Below are positions 1-9,588 of a stretch of DNA of 58,030 nt, one piece after another. The translations under genes and the position numbers were made by a program. The DNA lies in NCBI GenBank assembly GCA_036274615.1, contig DASUFK010000078.1, forward strand, positions 1-58,030, read 5' to 3'. The stretch is from Gammaproteobacteria bacterium (lineage in GTDB: Bacteria; Pseudomonadota; Gammaproteobacteria; Steroidobacterales; Rariloculaceae). Below the pieces are notes generated by a model. That model was not told the origin of the DNA and did not search any database. It saw nothing but the letters and a program-made list of their open reading frames with translations. Positions within the stretch are counted from its first letter, which is position 1. Each line of letters opens with the position of its first letter.

Positions 1-215
1 CTGGGGCTCCTCGCCGCACATCCCTGTGCGGCGACGGTCTCGGGAGGACCGTTCGAGGCACGGCCGCAGCGACTGCCCGCATCGCGGGGCCGAAATGAGA
101 CAAGACGCTCGCGGGCGGGTCATGCAGTTTTTGAGTTGCGATTCACCAGAGCGAAGTGCGTTGCGGCCGGCGTCGCGATACATTCTTGGCACGTTCGCTG
201 CACGAGGTTGGGACC

Positions 216-2285
216 ATGAAGCCGCGCTCCGTTGCGTCCACCGCGTTCGCCGTCGCCCTCACCGTGCTGTCGGGCAGCGCCTCTGCGCAGCACGGCGCGC
301 CGCCGAACGGCGAATGGCTCACGTATGGGGGCGACCTCGGCAACACGCGCTATTCCCCGCTCGACCGCATCGGCGCGTCCAACTTCAAGAGCCTCGAGGT
401 GGCCTGGCGTTTCAAGGCCGACAACCTCGGGCCAACGCGCGAGTACAACTTTCAGTCGACGCCGCTCATGGCCGGCGGCGTGGTGTACTCCACGGCCGGA
501 TCGCGCCGCGCCGTGGTGGCGCTCGACGCCGGCACCGGGGAGCTGCTGTGGGTGAGCCGGCTCGACGAGGGCGAGCGCGGTAGCGCGGCACCGCGGCAGC
601 TCTCGGGGCGCGGGCTCGCTTATTGGAAGAGCGGCGACGACGAGCGGATCCTGTACGTCACGCCCGGCTATCAGCTGCTGGCGCTCGACGCCCGCACCGG
701 CAACCGCGTGAAGGGCTTCGGCAAGGACGGCATCGTCGATCTCAAGCAGAACGACGACCAGGACATCGACGCGCTCGACGGCGAGATCGGCCTGCACGCC
801 ACACCGATCGTGGCGAACAACGTCGTGATCGTGGGGGCCGCGCATCGCACCGGCGCGAATCCGAAGAGCATTCGCAACGTGAAGGGTTACGTTCGCGCGT
901 TCGACGTGCGCACCGGCGAACGGCTCTGGATCTTCCACACGATCCCGGCGCCCGGCGAGTTCGGCACCGAGAGCTGGCTCAAGGGCAGCGCCGCGTATAC
1001 GGGCAACACGGGCGTCTGGGCGCAGATCTCCGTGGACCTCGACCTCGAGACCGTCTATCTACCCGTGGAGCAGCCCACCGGCGACTACTTCGGCGCCAAC
1101 CGCCCGGGCGACGGGCTGTTCGGCGAGACGTTGCTCGCCGTCGACTTGAACACCGGCAAGCGCAAATGGCACTACCAGCTCGTCCATCACGGCATCTGGG
1201 ACAACGACATCCCGTGCGCGCCGATCCTCTTGGACGTGGTCGTAGACGGCAGGCCCGTGAAGGCGGTGGCGCAGCCGACCAAGCAGGCCTTCCTCTACGT
1301 CTTCGACCGCGTCACCGGCAAGCCGCTCTGGCCGATCGAGGAGCGGCCGGTGCCGAAGGGCGACGTGCCCGGCGAGTGGTACTCGCCCACGCAGCCGTTC
1401 CCGACCAAGCCGCCGGCTTACGACCGGCAAGGCGTCACCGTGAACGACCTCATCGACTTCACGCCGGAGCTCCGCAAGGAAGCGCTCGAAGTCGCGTCGT
1501 GGCACAAGCTCGGCCCGCTGTTCACGCCGCCCGTGGTGAGCAACATCGACGGGCCGCTCGGCACGCTGATGGCGCCCTCCCAGGACGGCGGCTCGAATTG
1601 GCCCGGCGGATCGTTCGATCCCGAGACGAATATCTTGTACGTCGCGAGCGCCGGCAGCGTCGTGAGCAAGGGGCTCGTGGCGCCCTATCCCGGCCAGTCG
1701 GAGATGGCGTACGTCGAGGGCAACGCGGTGACGGGGCCGCGCACGTCGGGCGGCTCGGGCTCGTCCGCGGGCGGCGGCCGCTCCGAGTTCCAAGGAGGAC
1801 CGCGCGAAGCGCCGAAGCCGTCGGACCCGAAGCGCGGCCCGCCGCGCGCCGCGCTCAACGTGCAGGGCCTGCCGCTGCTCAAGCCACCATACGGCACCAT
1901 CACGGCCATCGACATGAGCCGCGGCACGATCGTCTGGAAGGTGGCGCACGGCGAGACGCCGGACGACATCAAGAACCATCCGCTGCTCAAAGGGCTCGAC
2001 ATCCCGCGCACGGGCCAGGCGGGTCAACCGGGCACCCTGGTGACGAAGACGCTGCTGATCGCCGGCGAGCGGTTGTACACCACCACGCCGGGCGGCGAGC
2101 TCGGCGCGATGCTGCGCGCCTACGACAAGAAGACCGGCCGCGAGGTCGGCGCTGTGTACATGCCCGCGCCGCAGAGCGGGTCGCCGATGACCTATCTATA
2201 TCGCGGCGAGCAGTACCTCGTGGTCGCGATCAGCGGCGCGCAATACTCGGGCGAGCTGCTCGCGTTCAAGCTGCCGAAAGGATGA
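216..2285 (+). CDS. PQQ-dependent (quinoprotein) dehydrogenase, periplasmic
   Basis: ORF 156..2285. Internal ATG at 216 follows a GAGG and opens a signal peptide, MKPRSVASTAFAVALTVLSGSASA. 'WLTYGGDLGNTRYSPLDRI' and repeated Trp-docking beta-propeller blades are typical of soluble quinoprotein glucose/alcohol-type dehydrogenases. Confidence 0.85.
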   Translation: MKPRSVASTAFAVALTVLSGSASAQHGAPPNGEWLTYGGDLGNTRYSPLDRIGASNFKSLEVAWRFKADNLGPTREYNFQSTPLMAGGVVYSTAGSRRAVVALDAGTGELLWVSRLDEGERGSAAPRQLSGRGLAYWKSGDDERILYVTPGYQLLALDARTGNRVKGFGKDGIVDLKQNDDQDIDALDGEIGLHATPIVANNVVIVGAAHRTGANPKSIRNVKGYVRAFDVRTGERLWIFHTIPAPGEFGTESWLKGSAAYTGNTGVWAQISVDLDLETVYLPVEQPTGDYFGANRPGDGLFGETLLAVDLNTGKRKWHYQLVHHGIWDNDIPCAPILLDVVVDGRPVKAVAQPTKQAFLYVFDRVTGKPLWPIEERPVPKGDVPGEWYSPTQPFPTKPPAYDRQGVTVNDLIDFTPELRKEALEVASWHKLGPLFTPPVVSNIDGPLGTLMAPSQDGGSNWPGGSFDPETNILYVASAGSVVSKGLVAPYPGQSEMAYVEGNAVTGPRTSGGSGSSAGGGRSEFQGGPREAPKPSDPKRGPPRAALNVQGLPLLKPPYGTITAIDMSRGTIVWKVAHGETPDDIKNHPLLKGLDIPRTGQAGQPGTLVTKTLLIAGERLYTTTPGGELGAMLRAYDKKTGREVGAVYMPAPQSGSPMTYLYRGEQYLVVAISGAQYSGELLAFKLPKG

Positions 2286-2294
2286 CGGCATGGG

Positions 2295-4427
2295 ATGACA
2301 AGCGAAGGATCGCGCACCACCGCCAGCATACCGCTCCCGACGTCCATCGCCGGCGTCGGCCGCCAGTGGCGTCCCGCATTTGCGGCACTTCCGCCATTGA
2401 TGGCAGTCGTGCTCGCGCTCGGCTGCTACACGCTGCTCGGCGGCTTCACGTCGTTCCTGGGCTGGGTCGTGAACGTGCCGGTCTTGAGCGACTGGGACAT
2501 GGACGGCATCGCGATCCAGCCGAACGCCACGGTGGCGGCGATGGCCGCAGGCGCGGCATTGATCGCGCTCGCGCTGCGCCGGCTGCGCGCGACTGCGGCG
2601 CTCGGCGGCATCGTGCTCGCGATCGGCACGTTGACGACGCTCGAATACCTCACCGGCGCTAGCTTCGGCATCGATACGCCGCTTACCTTCGGCCGCACGT
2701 GGGGCCGCGTGGGGATCCTCTCGGTCGGACGCATGGGACCGCTCGGCTCGGTGGCGTGGACGGCGCTCGGCGGCGCATTGGTGCTCGTCGCTCGCCCGCA
2801 CACTGTGCCGCGTCAAGTGGCCGCCACGCTCGCGTTCGTGCCGATGACGATCTCGGCGTTGTCGCTGATCGGCTACCTCTACGGCGCGGATGCGCTCTTC
2901 ACGATCCCGACGCTCACGGTGATCGCGGCGCAGACCGCAACCTTCGTTCTCGCAGCCTCGTTGGCGTTGACCTTGAGCGTGCCGGAGCACGGGCCGATGA
3001 CGCTGCTCGCGAAACGAAACGCGGCCGGCGTGCTGGTGCGCCGTCTGCTGCCGGTGCTGATTCTCGTTCCCGTGCTGCTCGGCTTCGCGCGGCTCTTCGG
3101 CGAACGCTCGGACCTCTACAACGCCGCGTTCGGCAGCGCGCTGCGTACCATCGCGGAGATCGTCCTGTTCCTCGTGCTGCTGTGGTGGACCGGCGTGGTG
3201 ATCGATCGCCAGGCCGTGGCGCGCGATCGCGCCGAAGCGGAGCGCCAGCGGCTGCTCGAGCGCGAGAAGACCGCGCGCGCCGACGCGGAACGACAGGCCA
3301 CGCTCAAGGACGAGTTCTTGAGCACGCTGTCGCACGAGCTGCGCACGCCGCTCAATGCGGTGCTCGGCTGGTGCCAGGTGCTGCGTGCCGACCTCACCGA
3401 CGCCGAGCGCGCGAGTCACGCCGTGGACGTCATCGAGCGCAACGGACGCCTGCAAGCGCAGCTGATCGCCGACTTGCTCGACATGAGCCGCATCGTGTCG
3501 GGCAAGATGCGGCTCGACGTGCGCCACCTCGACCTGCCGAACATCATCGAAGCCGCGATCGAGGCCGTTCGTCCGGCGGCCGAGGCGAAGAGTCTCACGA
3601 TCGGGCGCTCGCTCGAGCCGCTCAGGCAGCCCGTGAACGGGGACCCCGCGCGGATTCAGCAGGTGATCTGGAACCTGCTGTCGAACGCGGTGAAGTTTAC
3701 GCCGCGCGGCGGGCGCGTGGACGTGACGCTGCGCGCGGCGGAGCCCGACGTCGAGATTCGCGTCGCGGACACGGGCGAAGGTTTCGAGCCGGAGTTCGTG
3801 ACGAGCATGTTCGACCGTTTCCGCCAAGGCGACGCGAGCGCCACGCGGGCGCACGGCGGGCTCGGGCTCGGTCTCGCGCTCGTGAGGCAGCTCGTCGAGA
3901 TGCACGGCGGCCGCGTGAGCGCCGACAGCCCCGGACCGGGGCTCGGCGCCACGTTCGTCGTGGCGCTGCCGGTGGTCGCCCCGCAGATCGACGTCCCCCG
4001 CAGCGGGGCGCCGGCGCTGCAGCCCTTTGCCACGCCGGGCGAGCTGCCGGATCTGCGCGGAGTGAGCGTGCTCGTGGTCGACGACGAGCCCGACGCGCTC
4101 GAGATGGTGCGGCGGATCCTGGCCGACTCGGGCGCCGACGTGCTCGCGGCAAGCGGCGCCGACGAGGCGATCAAGCTCGTCGCCACCAATCGTTTCGACG
4201 TGATCGTGAGCGACATCGCGATGCCGAAGCGCGACGGCTACGAGCTCATGACCGAGCTCCGCCGCAGCGGCATCTTCACCCCGGCGATCGCCCTCACCGC
4301 TTACGCGCTCGCCGACGACCGCCGCAAGGCGCTGAAGGCCGGCTACAGCGGCCATGCGGCCAAGCCCACGGAGCCCGCCGAGCTGCTCGCGCGGATCGCG
4401 GAGTTCGCGGGCCGGGCGCCGCGCTGA
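2295..4427 (+). CDS. hybrid sensor histidine kinase / response regulator
   Basis: Multi-TM N-terminus. H-box 'LSTLSHELRTPLNAV', N-box 'NLLSNAVKFT', G-boxes 'DTGEGF' and 'GGLGLGLALV'. C-terminal receiver 'VLVVDDEPD...VIVSDIAMPKRDG...ALTAY'. Confidence 0.9.
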   Translation: MTSEGSRTTASIPLPTSIAGVGRQWRPAFAALPPLMAVVLALGCYTLLGGFTSFLGWVVNVPVLSDWDMDGIAIQPNATVAAMAAGAALIALALRRLRATAALGGIVLAIGTLTTLEYLTGASFGIDTPLTFGRTWGRVGILSVGRMGPLGSVAWTALGGALVLVARPHTVPRQVAATLAFVPMTISALSLIGYLYGADALFTIPTLTVIAAQTATFVLAASLALTLSVPEHGPMTLLAKRNAAGVLVRRLLPVLILVPVLLGFARLFGERSDLYNAAFGSALRTIAEIVLFLVLLWWTGVVIDRQAVARDRAEAERQRLLEREKTARADAERQATLKDEFLSTLSHELRTPLNAVLGWCQVLRADLTDAERASHAVDVIERNGRLQAQLIADLLDMSRIVSGKMRLDVRHLDLPNIIEAAIEAVRPAAEAKSLTIGRSLEPLRQPVNGDPARIQQVIWNLLSNAVKFTPRGGRVDVTLRAAEPDVEIRVADTGEGFEPEFVTSMFDRFRQGDASATRAHGGLGLGLALVRQLVEMHGGRVSADSPGPGLGATFVVALPVVAPQIDVPRSGAPALQPFATPGELPDLRGVSVLVVDDEPDALEMVRRILADSGADVLAASGADEAIKLVATNRFDVIVSDIAMPKRDGYELMTELRRSGIFTPAIALTAYALADDRRKALKAGYSGHAAKPTEPAELLARIAEFAGRAPR

Positions 4428-4464
4428 GGATCTAGCAGAGCCGCCGTGATCGCGTAGCGCGCCG

Positions 4465-5859
4465 CTACGGCAGCATCGCGGTGATGTTGCGCTTCGGCAC
4501 CTGACCGACTTTGATCCGCGTGACTTCGCGGAGCCCGTTCATGTCGACCACGGACACGTCGTTCGAGCCGGCGTTCGCGACGTAGGCCGTCTTGCCGTCG
4601 GGCGTGAGCGTGACCCAGTCGGGCGCAACGCCCACGTCCACTTCGCCGAGCAGCTTCAAGTCCGGCAGCGCATAGACGTACACCGCGCTGTTCAAGCGGC
4701 TGTTCACGATCAGCTTCGAGTTGTCGGCGGTCACGGCCATGCCGTGCGAGGTGTTGCCGCCCTCGAGCACAGGCTGCTTGCCGGCCTTGATCTTCGGCAG
4801 CTCGACGCGCTTCACCTCCTTGTGCGTGGCGAAGTCGACGACGGCGAAGCCGTTGTAGTCGGTGAGCTGCACGAACATCCGCTTCGTGGAGCCGTCCGTG
4901 TTGCTCTCGAACGCCATCGGCCGCACGCCGAGATCGAATTTCATCGTCCAGACCGGCTCCTCGGTCTTCTGGTCGATCACCGTGGCCGTCGCTCCGGCCA
5001 CGGAGCCGGCGACGACGTAGCGGCCGTCCGGCGTGACGTAGGTGTTGTGGCCGGCGCCCTGGATCGGGATGCTCTTCGCCCGCACGAGGCCGACCGTGTC
5101 GATCACGTCGACGGCTCCCTGCGTCTCGCGGATCGCGACGTAGACCCGCTTACCGTCCTTGCTGATCGCGATGTTGTTCGGGTGCCCCGACAGCGGAATG
5201 TGCGAAGTCACGCGCAGCGTGCGCGCGTCCACCACGTCGAGCGTGCTCGCGGCCTCGTCGCTCACGTAGATGAAGCGCCCGTCGGGCGCGGCGGCCGCCC
5301 CGTGCCCGACCTCGATGCCGGTGATGTGGCCGACCACCTTGTTGGCGGCGGGATCGATGATGTGCACGTCGTCGCCCGCACTGTTGGTCTGCACGATGCG
5401 GGCGTGCATCGCGAGCGGCGGGTCCCCACTCGCGAGCGTCGCACCGCGCGCCCAGGCCGCGAGCGTTTGCCACTCGGGATCGGCCTTCGACGTCCAGTGC
5501 TTGCCGCCGTCGTGATGCGGATCGCCGCCGGCCTCCTCGGCGAGCGGATGCGTGAGCAGGCGGCTGTGGTCCGGATCGCCGGGCACCACGCGCGCGCTCA
5601 TGAGCTCGAAGTTCTTGCGGGCGTCGGGGTCGCTCCAGGTGGCGGCGTCGTCGGGTAGCGGCTGGAGCCGCATCGGCGTGCCCGAGCCGTGACAGGAGAT
5701 GCAGCGGGCGTTGCCGTCGCGCTTGGTGGTCAAGATCGGCAGCACGCGCGCCTTGAAGTAGTCGTAGTCGAGCTTCGGCGCTCCGCCGCTCGGCTGAGCG
5801 ATCGCGGGCGCGGCGGCGCCGCAGAGCAAGGTGGCGACCAACAGGCTTTGAACCCGCAT
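4465..5859 (-). CDS. secreted c-type cytochrome domain (CXXCH) fused to YVTN-type beta-propeller repeats
   Basis: Signal peptide MRVQSLLVATLLCGAAAPAIA. 'YFKARVLPILTTKRDGNARCISCHG' resembles a Planctomycete-type cytochrome c (PSCyt) N-domain. The rest is repeated 'YV(S/A)...VxVID' blades. Confidence 0.75.
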   Translation of the reverse strand: MRVQSLLVATLLCGAAAPAIAQPSGGAPKLDYDYFKARVLPILTTKRDGNARCISCHGSGTPMRLQPLPDDAATWSDPDARKNFELMSARVVPGDPDHSRLLTHPLAEEAGGDPHHDGGKHWTSKADPEWQTLAAWARGATLASGDPPLAMHARIVQTNSAGDDVHIIDPAANKVVGHITGIEVGHGAAAAPDGRFIYVSDEAASTLDVVDARTLRVTSHIPLSGHPNNIAISKDGKRVYVAIRETQGAVDVIDTVGLVRAKSIPIQGAGHNTYVTPDGRYVVAGSVAGATATVIDQKTEEPVWTMKFDLGVRPMAFESNTDGSTKRMFVQLTDYNGFAVVDFATHKEVKRVELPKIKAGKQPVLEGGNTSHGMAVTADNSKLIVNSRLNSAVYVYALPDLKLLGEVDVGVAPDWVTLTPDGKTAYVANAGSNDVSVVDMNGLREVTRIKVGQVPKRNITAMLP

Positions 5860-5996
5860 GGCGAAGTCCCCCTTCGTTGTACGGCCGAGTATGCGCCGGC
5901 CCGCAACGCCTGAGAATCCTTGACCTCCATCGGCGGCGCGGCACCGGCGATTCTGCTATAAATGGCTCGATCCGCAGGGACGACTGACTAGCCGCG

Positions 5997-7343
5997 ATGT
6001 ACCTGACCAAGAAGCACCTTTCCCGCCGGACCGTGCTCAAGGGCGCGGGCATCTCACTGGCTCTTCCGCTTCTCGACGCGATGATTCCCGCCGCCACGGC
6101 GCTCGCGCAGACCGCGGCGGCGCCGAAGCTCCGTGCCGGGTTCTTCTACATTCCGCACGGCGCAATCCTGTGGAACACGTCGCACGGCAAGGCGATGGAC
6201 CACTGGACGCCGAGCGGCTCGGGCGCCGACTTCAAGTTGAGCCCCATCATGGAGCCGCTCGAGAAGTTCAAGCGCTACGTCGCGTCGTTCGGCAATCTCG
6301 AGAACAAGGCGAACCAGAACTCCGTGCACTCGCTCGTGCCGGCCACGTGGCTCTCGGGCGTGCGGCCCGACTCGTCGGCCACGGGCGCGAGCATGGCCAC
6401 GACCATCGACCAGCTCATCGCCGCGAAGATCGGCCAGGACACCGCGCTGCCCTCGCTCGAGGTGGCGTCGGAGACCACCACGCAGGTCGCCGCGTGCCCG
6501 TCCGGCGGCGGCTGCTACTACTCCACCACGCTGTCGTTCAGGAACGCCACGTCGCCGCTGCCGATGGAGTTCAACCCGCGCAAGGTGTTCACGCAGCTCT
6601 TCGGCGAGGGCGACACGCCCGAGGAACGCGCGGCCATCACCTCGCAGACCAAGAGCATCCTGGACCTCATCAACGACCGCACCGCCGCGCTCCAGAAGAA
6701 GGTGAGCGCAAGCGACCGCGTGATGCTCGGCGAATATCTCGACACCGTGCGCGAGATCGAGCGCCGTGTCGCGAAGGCCGAGCAGAAGGATCTCTCCGGC
6801 GTCACCCTGCCCGAAGCGCCGATCGGCGAGCTCGACAAGTTCGACGAGCAAGTGAAGCTCATGTTCGACCTCGTGGCGCTCGCCTATCAGGCGAACCTCA
6901 CACGCGTGGTCTCGTACATCATGGTGTCGGAAGGCACCAACCGCACCTACAACCACATCGGCGTGTCGGACGCGTTCCATCCGCTGTCGCATCACGCCAA
7001 TAAAGAAGAGTCGCTGCTCAAGCTCGTGAAGATCCAGCGTTATCACATGGAGCGGTTCGCCGACTTCGTGGCGAAGATCGCGGCGATCCCCGACGGCGAC
7101 GGCACGCTGCTCGACCACTCGCTGTTCATGTACGGCTCGAACATGAGCAACAGCGATCGGCACAACAACTATCCGCTGCCGAACATCCTCGTGGGCGGCG
7201 CCAACGGCGCGCTCAAGGGCGGCCAGCACATCGACTTGCCCGAGCACACCACGCTCACCAACTTGCATCTCACGGTGCTCAACAAGGCCGGCATCGAGCT
7301 CAAGAGCTTCTCCGACAGCACCGGCCCGATCGCGGGCGTATGA
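5997..7343 (+). CDS. DUF1552 domain-containing protein (TAT-type signal)
   Basis: 'LSRRTVLKGAGISLALPLLDAM' N-terminus, plus 'HPLSHH' and 'GSNMSNSDRHNNYPLP' motifs characteristic of DUF1552. Confidence 0.85.
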   Translation: MYLTKKHLSRRTVLKGAGISLALPLLDAMIPAATALAQTAAAPKLRAGFFYIPHGAILWNTSHGKAMDHWTPSGSGADFKLSPIMEPLEKFKRYVASFGNLENKANQNSVHSLVPATWLSGVRPDSSATGASMATTIDQLIAAKIGQDTALPSLEVASETTTQVAACPSGGGCYYSTTLSFRNATSPLPMEFNPRKVFTQLFGEGDTPEERAAITSQTKSILDLINDRTAALQKKVSASDRVMLGEYLDTVREIERRVAKAEQKDLSGVTLPEAPIGELDKFDEQVKLMFDLVALAYQANLTRVVSYIMVSEGTNRTYNHIGVSDAFHPLSHHANKEESLLKLVKIQRYHMERFADFVAKIAAIPDGDGTLLDHSLFMYGSNMSNSDRHNNYPLPNILVGGANGALKGGQHIDLPEHTTLTNLHLTVLNKAGIELKSFSDSTGPIAGV

Positions 7344-8263
7344 CCACGCGTCGCACCGTTCTCAAGACCGCGCTCGGCGGCATCGCGGGGTGCGCGCTGC
7401 CGTTGCCTCGCGCACTGCTCGCGGCGGACGCGCCGTCCGTCACGCGCTTGACCGACAAGCTCGCGCTGATCTCGGGCGCCGGCGACAACGTGCTGGCGCT
7501 CTCCACGAGCGACGGTTTGGTCGTCGTCGACAGCGGCGGCGCCGACGCGAGCGCCGCCCTGCTCTCCACGCTCGGCGGGCTGCCGAACGGCAGCCGGGTA
7601 CACACGCTCTTCAACACGCACTGGCATCGCGCGCAGGTGGGCTCGAACGCGGCGCTCGGCAAGGCCGGCGCGCGCATCGTGGCGCACGAGAAGACGCGGC
7701 AACGGCTCGCCTACGGCTATTACCTGCCCACCGAGGACCGCTACGAGAAGCCGCTGCCGAAGGAAGCGATCCCTACCGAGAGCTTCTATACCGCCGGCGA
7801 AGCCACGGTCGGCGGCGAGAAGATCGAGTACGGCTATTTGCTCGAGGCGCACACCGACGGCGACATCTACGTGCACTTCCGCAACGCGAACGTCGTCGCA
7901 GTCGGTGACGCGGTGTCGCCGGCGCGAGACCCCGAGCTCGATTGGTTCGGCGGCGGCTGGCTCGGCGGCCGCTGCGATTCGCTGAAGGTGCTCCTGTCGC
8001 TCGGCAACGGCGCGACCAAGTTCGTGCCGGCGTACGGCCCGGCGCTGGGGCGTGCCGACGTGCAGAAGGAGTACGACATGATGCTCAAGCTCTTCGAGCG
8101 CTTCGTCGATCTCGTGCGCAAAGGCGACAGCTCGAAGGACATCGTGGACGCCGGCGTCATGGCCGAGACCGGACGCGAGTGGAAAGACCCGCAGAAGTTC
8201 GCGTACGACGCTCACAAGAGCATGTGGGCACATCACAATACGTTGATGCCGGACATCGTCTAG
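7340..8263 (+). CDS. MBL-fold metallo-hydrolase-like protein, TAT-exported, atypical metal motif
   Basis: ATGA overlap with the DUF1552 stop. 'MTTRRTVLKTALGG' twin-arginine signal. 'LFNTHWHRAQVGSN' sits where HxHxDH is expected, and there is a later 'EAHTDGD'. Confidence 0.7.
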   Translation: MTTRRTVLKTALGGIAGCALPLPRALLAADAPSVTRLTDKLALISGAGDNVLALSTSDGLVVVDSGGADASAALLSTLGGLPNGSRVHTLFNTHWHRAQVGSNAALGKAGARIVAHEKTRQRLAYGYYLPTEDRYEKPLPKEAIPTESFYTAGEATVGGEKIEYGYLLEAHTDGDIYVHFRNANVVAVGDAVSPARDPELDWFGGGWLGGRCDSLKVLLSLGNGATKFVPAYGPALGRADVQKEYDMMLKLFERFVDLVRKGDSSKDIVDAGVMAETGREWKDPQKFAYDAHKSMWAHHNTLMPDIV

Positions 8264-8496
8264 CCGCGGCGTCCCGCGCCGCGCCTTGGAGTCCCTCGCC
8301 CGCCGCGAAGCGCGGCGCTCGCCGTATCCCGACCGCTGCGTTCAACCGCACCAGGGCTCCGCCACCTTTGCTAGTATCCCGACCAGCGGGAGGTCGACGC
8401 GGCGCTCGAGTGGAGGATCACGCGTGGCAGGCAGCTCGGCGAATCTTGAAAGCGTGTCGTGGCGCGCCGGCGCTCACGGCGGCGGCTTCGAGCGGC

Positions 8497-9588
8497 ATGA
8501 AGCGTAGGCCGCTACTCCCGGTGATCGCGCTGGTCGTTCTCCAGGCCTGCGCCTCCACCTCGGTCGAAACGCCGCGGCGGCCCGCCCTCTCCGACGCCGA
8601 GCTACTCTCCGGGAAGGTATTGGGTTGGACGTCGCCGCCCGCGCCGCTGCCGTCCCGAGAGGACGCCTTCGGGCTCGACGACGACATGCGCGCTTTCATC
8701 GCGTCGGTGCCGCCCGGCGATCCGAACACCACGGCCAACAAGCTGCTCGACGGCATGCGCGTGGGCGGGATGCTCTCGCTCCACTACGCGGACGACTACA
8801 CACGCACCGCGCGCGGCACGTTCCACGACCGGGTCGGCAACTGCCTATCGTTCACCATGTTGTTCGTGGGGCTCGCGCGAGCGGCCGGCCTCGACGCCCG
8901 CTATCAGCTCGTGGACGTGCCGCCGACGTGGAGCGACGACATCGGCCTCGTCTCGGTGACCAAGCACATCAATGCGATCGTCGCCACGCCGCCCCGCGCG
9001 ATCGTCGTGGACTTCAACGACGAGTACTTTCACGAGCAATACCCCACGCTCGTCATCGACGACGACTACGCGGCCGCGTTCTACTACAGCAACCTCGGAG
9101 CGGAGGCGCTCGGGCGGCGCGAAAACGAGCTCAGCTTCGCGCTCCTGAGCAAGGCGGCGCGCACGTACCCGGACATGGCGGCCGCGTGGGTGAATCTCGG
9201 CGTCCTGTATCGGCGCCTCCAGCATCTCGATTACGCCGAAGCCGCGTTCTTGCGCGCGCTCGAGGCGGACCCGGGCGAGCAGTCGGCCTTCTCGAACCTC
9301 GAGTCCGTGTCCAAGACGCTCGGCAACACGGAGCTGGCCGAGCGGTATGCGGCACAAGTGCGCCGGTACCGCGAGATCAACCCGTACTACCACTACGCCG
9401 CCGCGCGAGCCGCGTTCAACGAGCAGCGCTACGACGACGCGCTCGCGTCGCTGCGCACGGCGATCCGTCTCAAGGCCGACGAAGACGACTTCTACTCGCT
9501 CCAGGGGCAAGCGCTCGCGGCGCTCGGCCGTGACGGCGAGGCCGTGGAAAGCTTCGCGCGGGCGAAAGAGCTCGCGGCGCGGCGATGA
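8497..9588 (+). CDS. transglutaminase-like / TPR-repeat lipoprotein
   Basis: Internal ATG of ORF 7942..9588 opens a lipoprotein signal, MKRRPLLPVIALVVLQAC. 'GNCLSFTMLFVGLARAAGLDARY' looks like a transglutaminase core Cys motif. C-terminal TPR-like repeats. Confidence 0.7.
   Translation: MKRRPLLPVIALVVLQACASTSVETPRRPALSDAELLSGKVLGWTSPPAPLPSREDAFGLDDDMRAFIASVPPGDPNTTANKLLDGMRVGGMLSLHYADDYTRTARGTFHDRVGNCLSFTMLFVGLARAAGLDARYQLVDVPPTWSDDIGLVSVTKHINAIVATPPRAIVVDFNDEYFHEQYPTLVIDDDYAAAFYYSNLGAEALGRRENELSFALLSKAARTYPDMAAAWVNLGVLYRRLQHLDYAEAAFLRALEADPGEQSAFSNLESVSKTLGNTELAERYAAQVRRYREINPYYHYAAARAAFNEQRYDDALASLRTAIRLKADEDDFYSLQGQALAALGRDGEAVESFARAKELAARR

Noticed and set aside
2196-4355. 719-aa ORF on the minus strand, antisense to the hybrid histidine kinase
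   Set aside because: Its composition is Arg/Ala/Gly/Glu-rich low complexity and I recognised no motifs. The opposite strand carries a complete kinase with all catalytic boxes. This is a typical shadow ORF of high-GC DNA.
7942-8496. N-terminal 185-codon extension of the transglutaminase/TPR ORF, overlapping the MBL gene
   Set aside because: The extension is Arg-rich. It overlaps the 3' end of 7340-8263 in another frame, and a clean lipoprotein signal begins at the internal ATG 8497.
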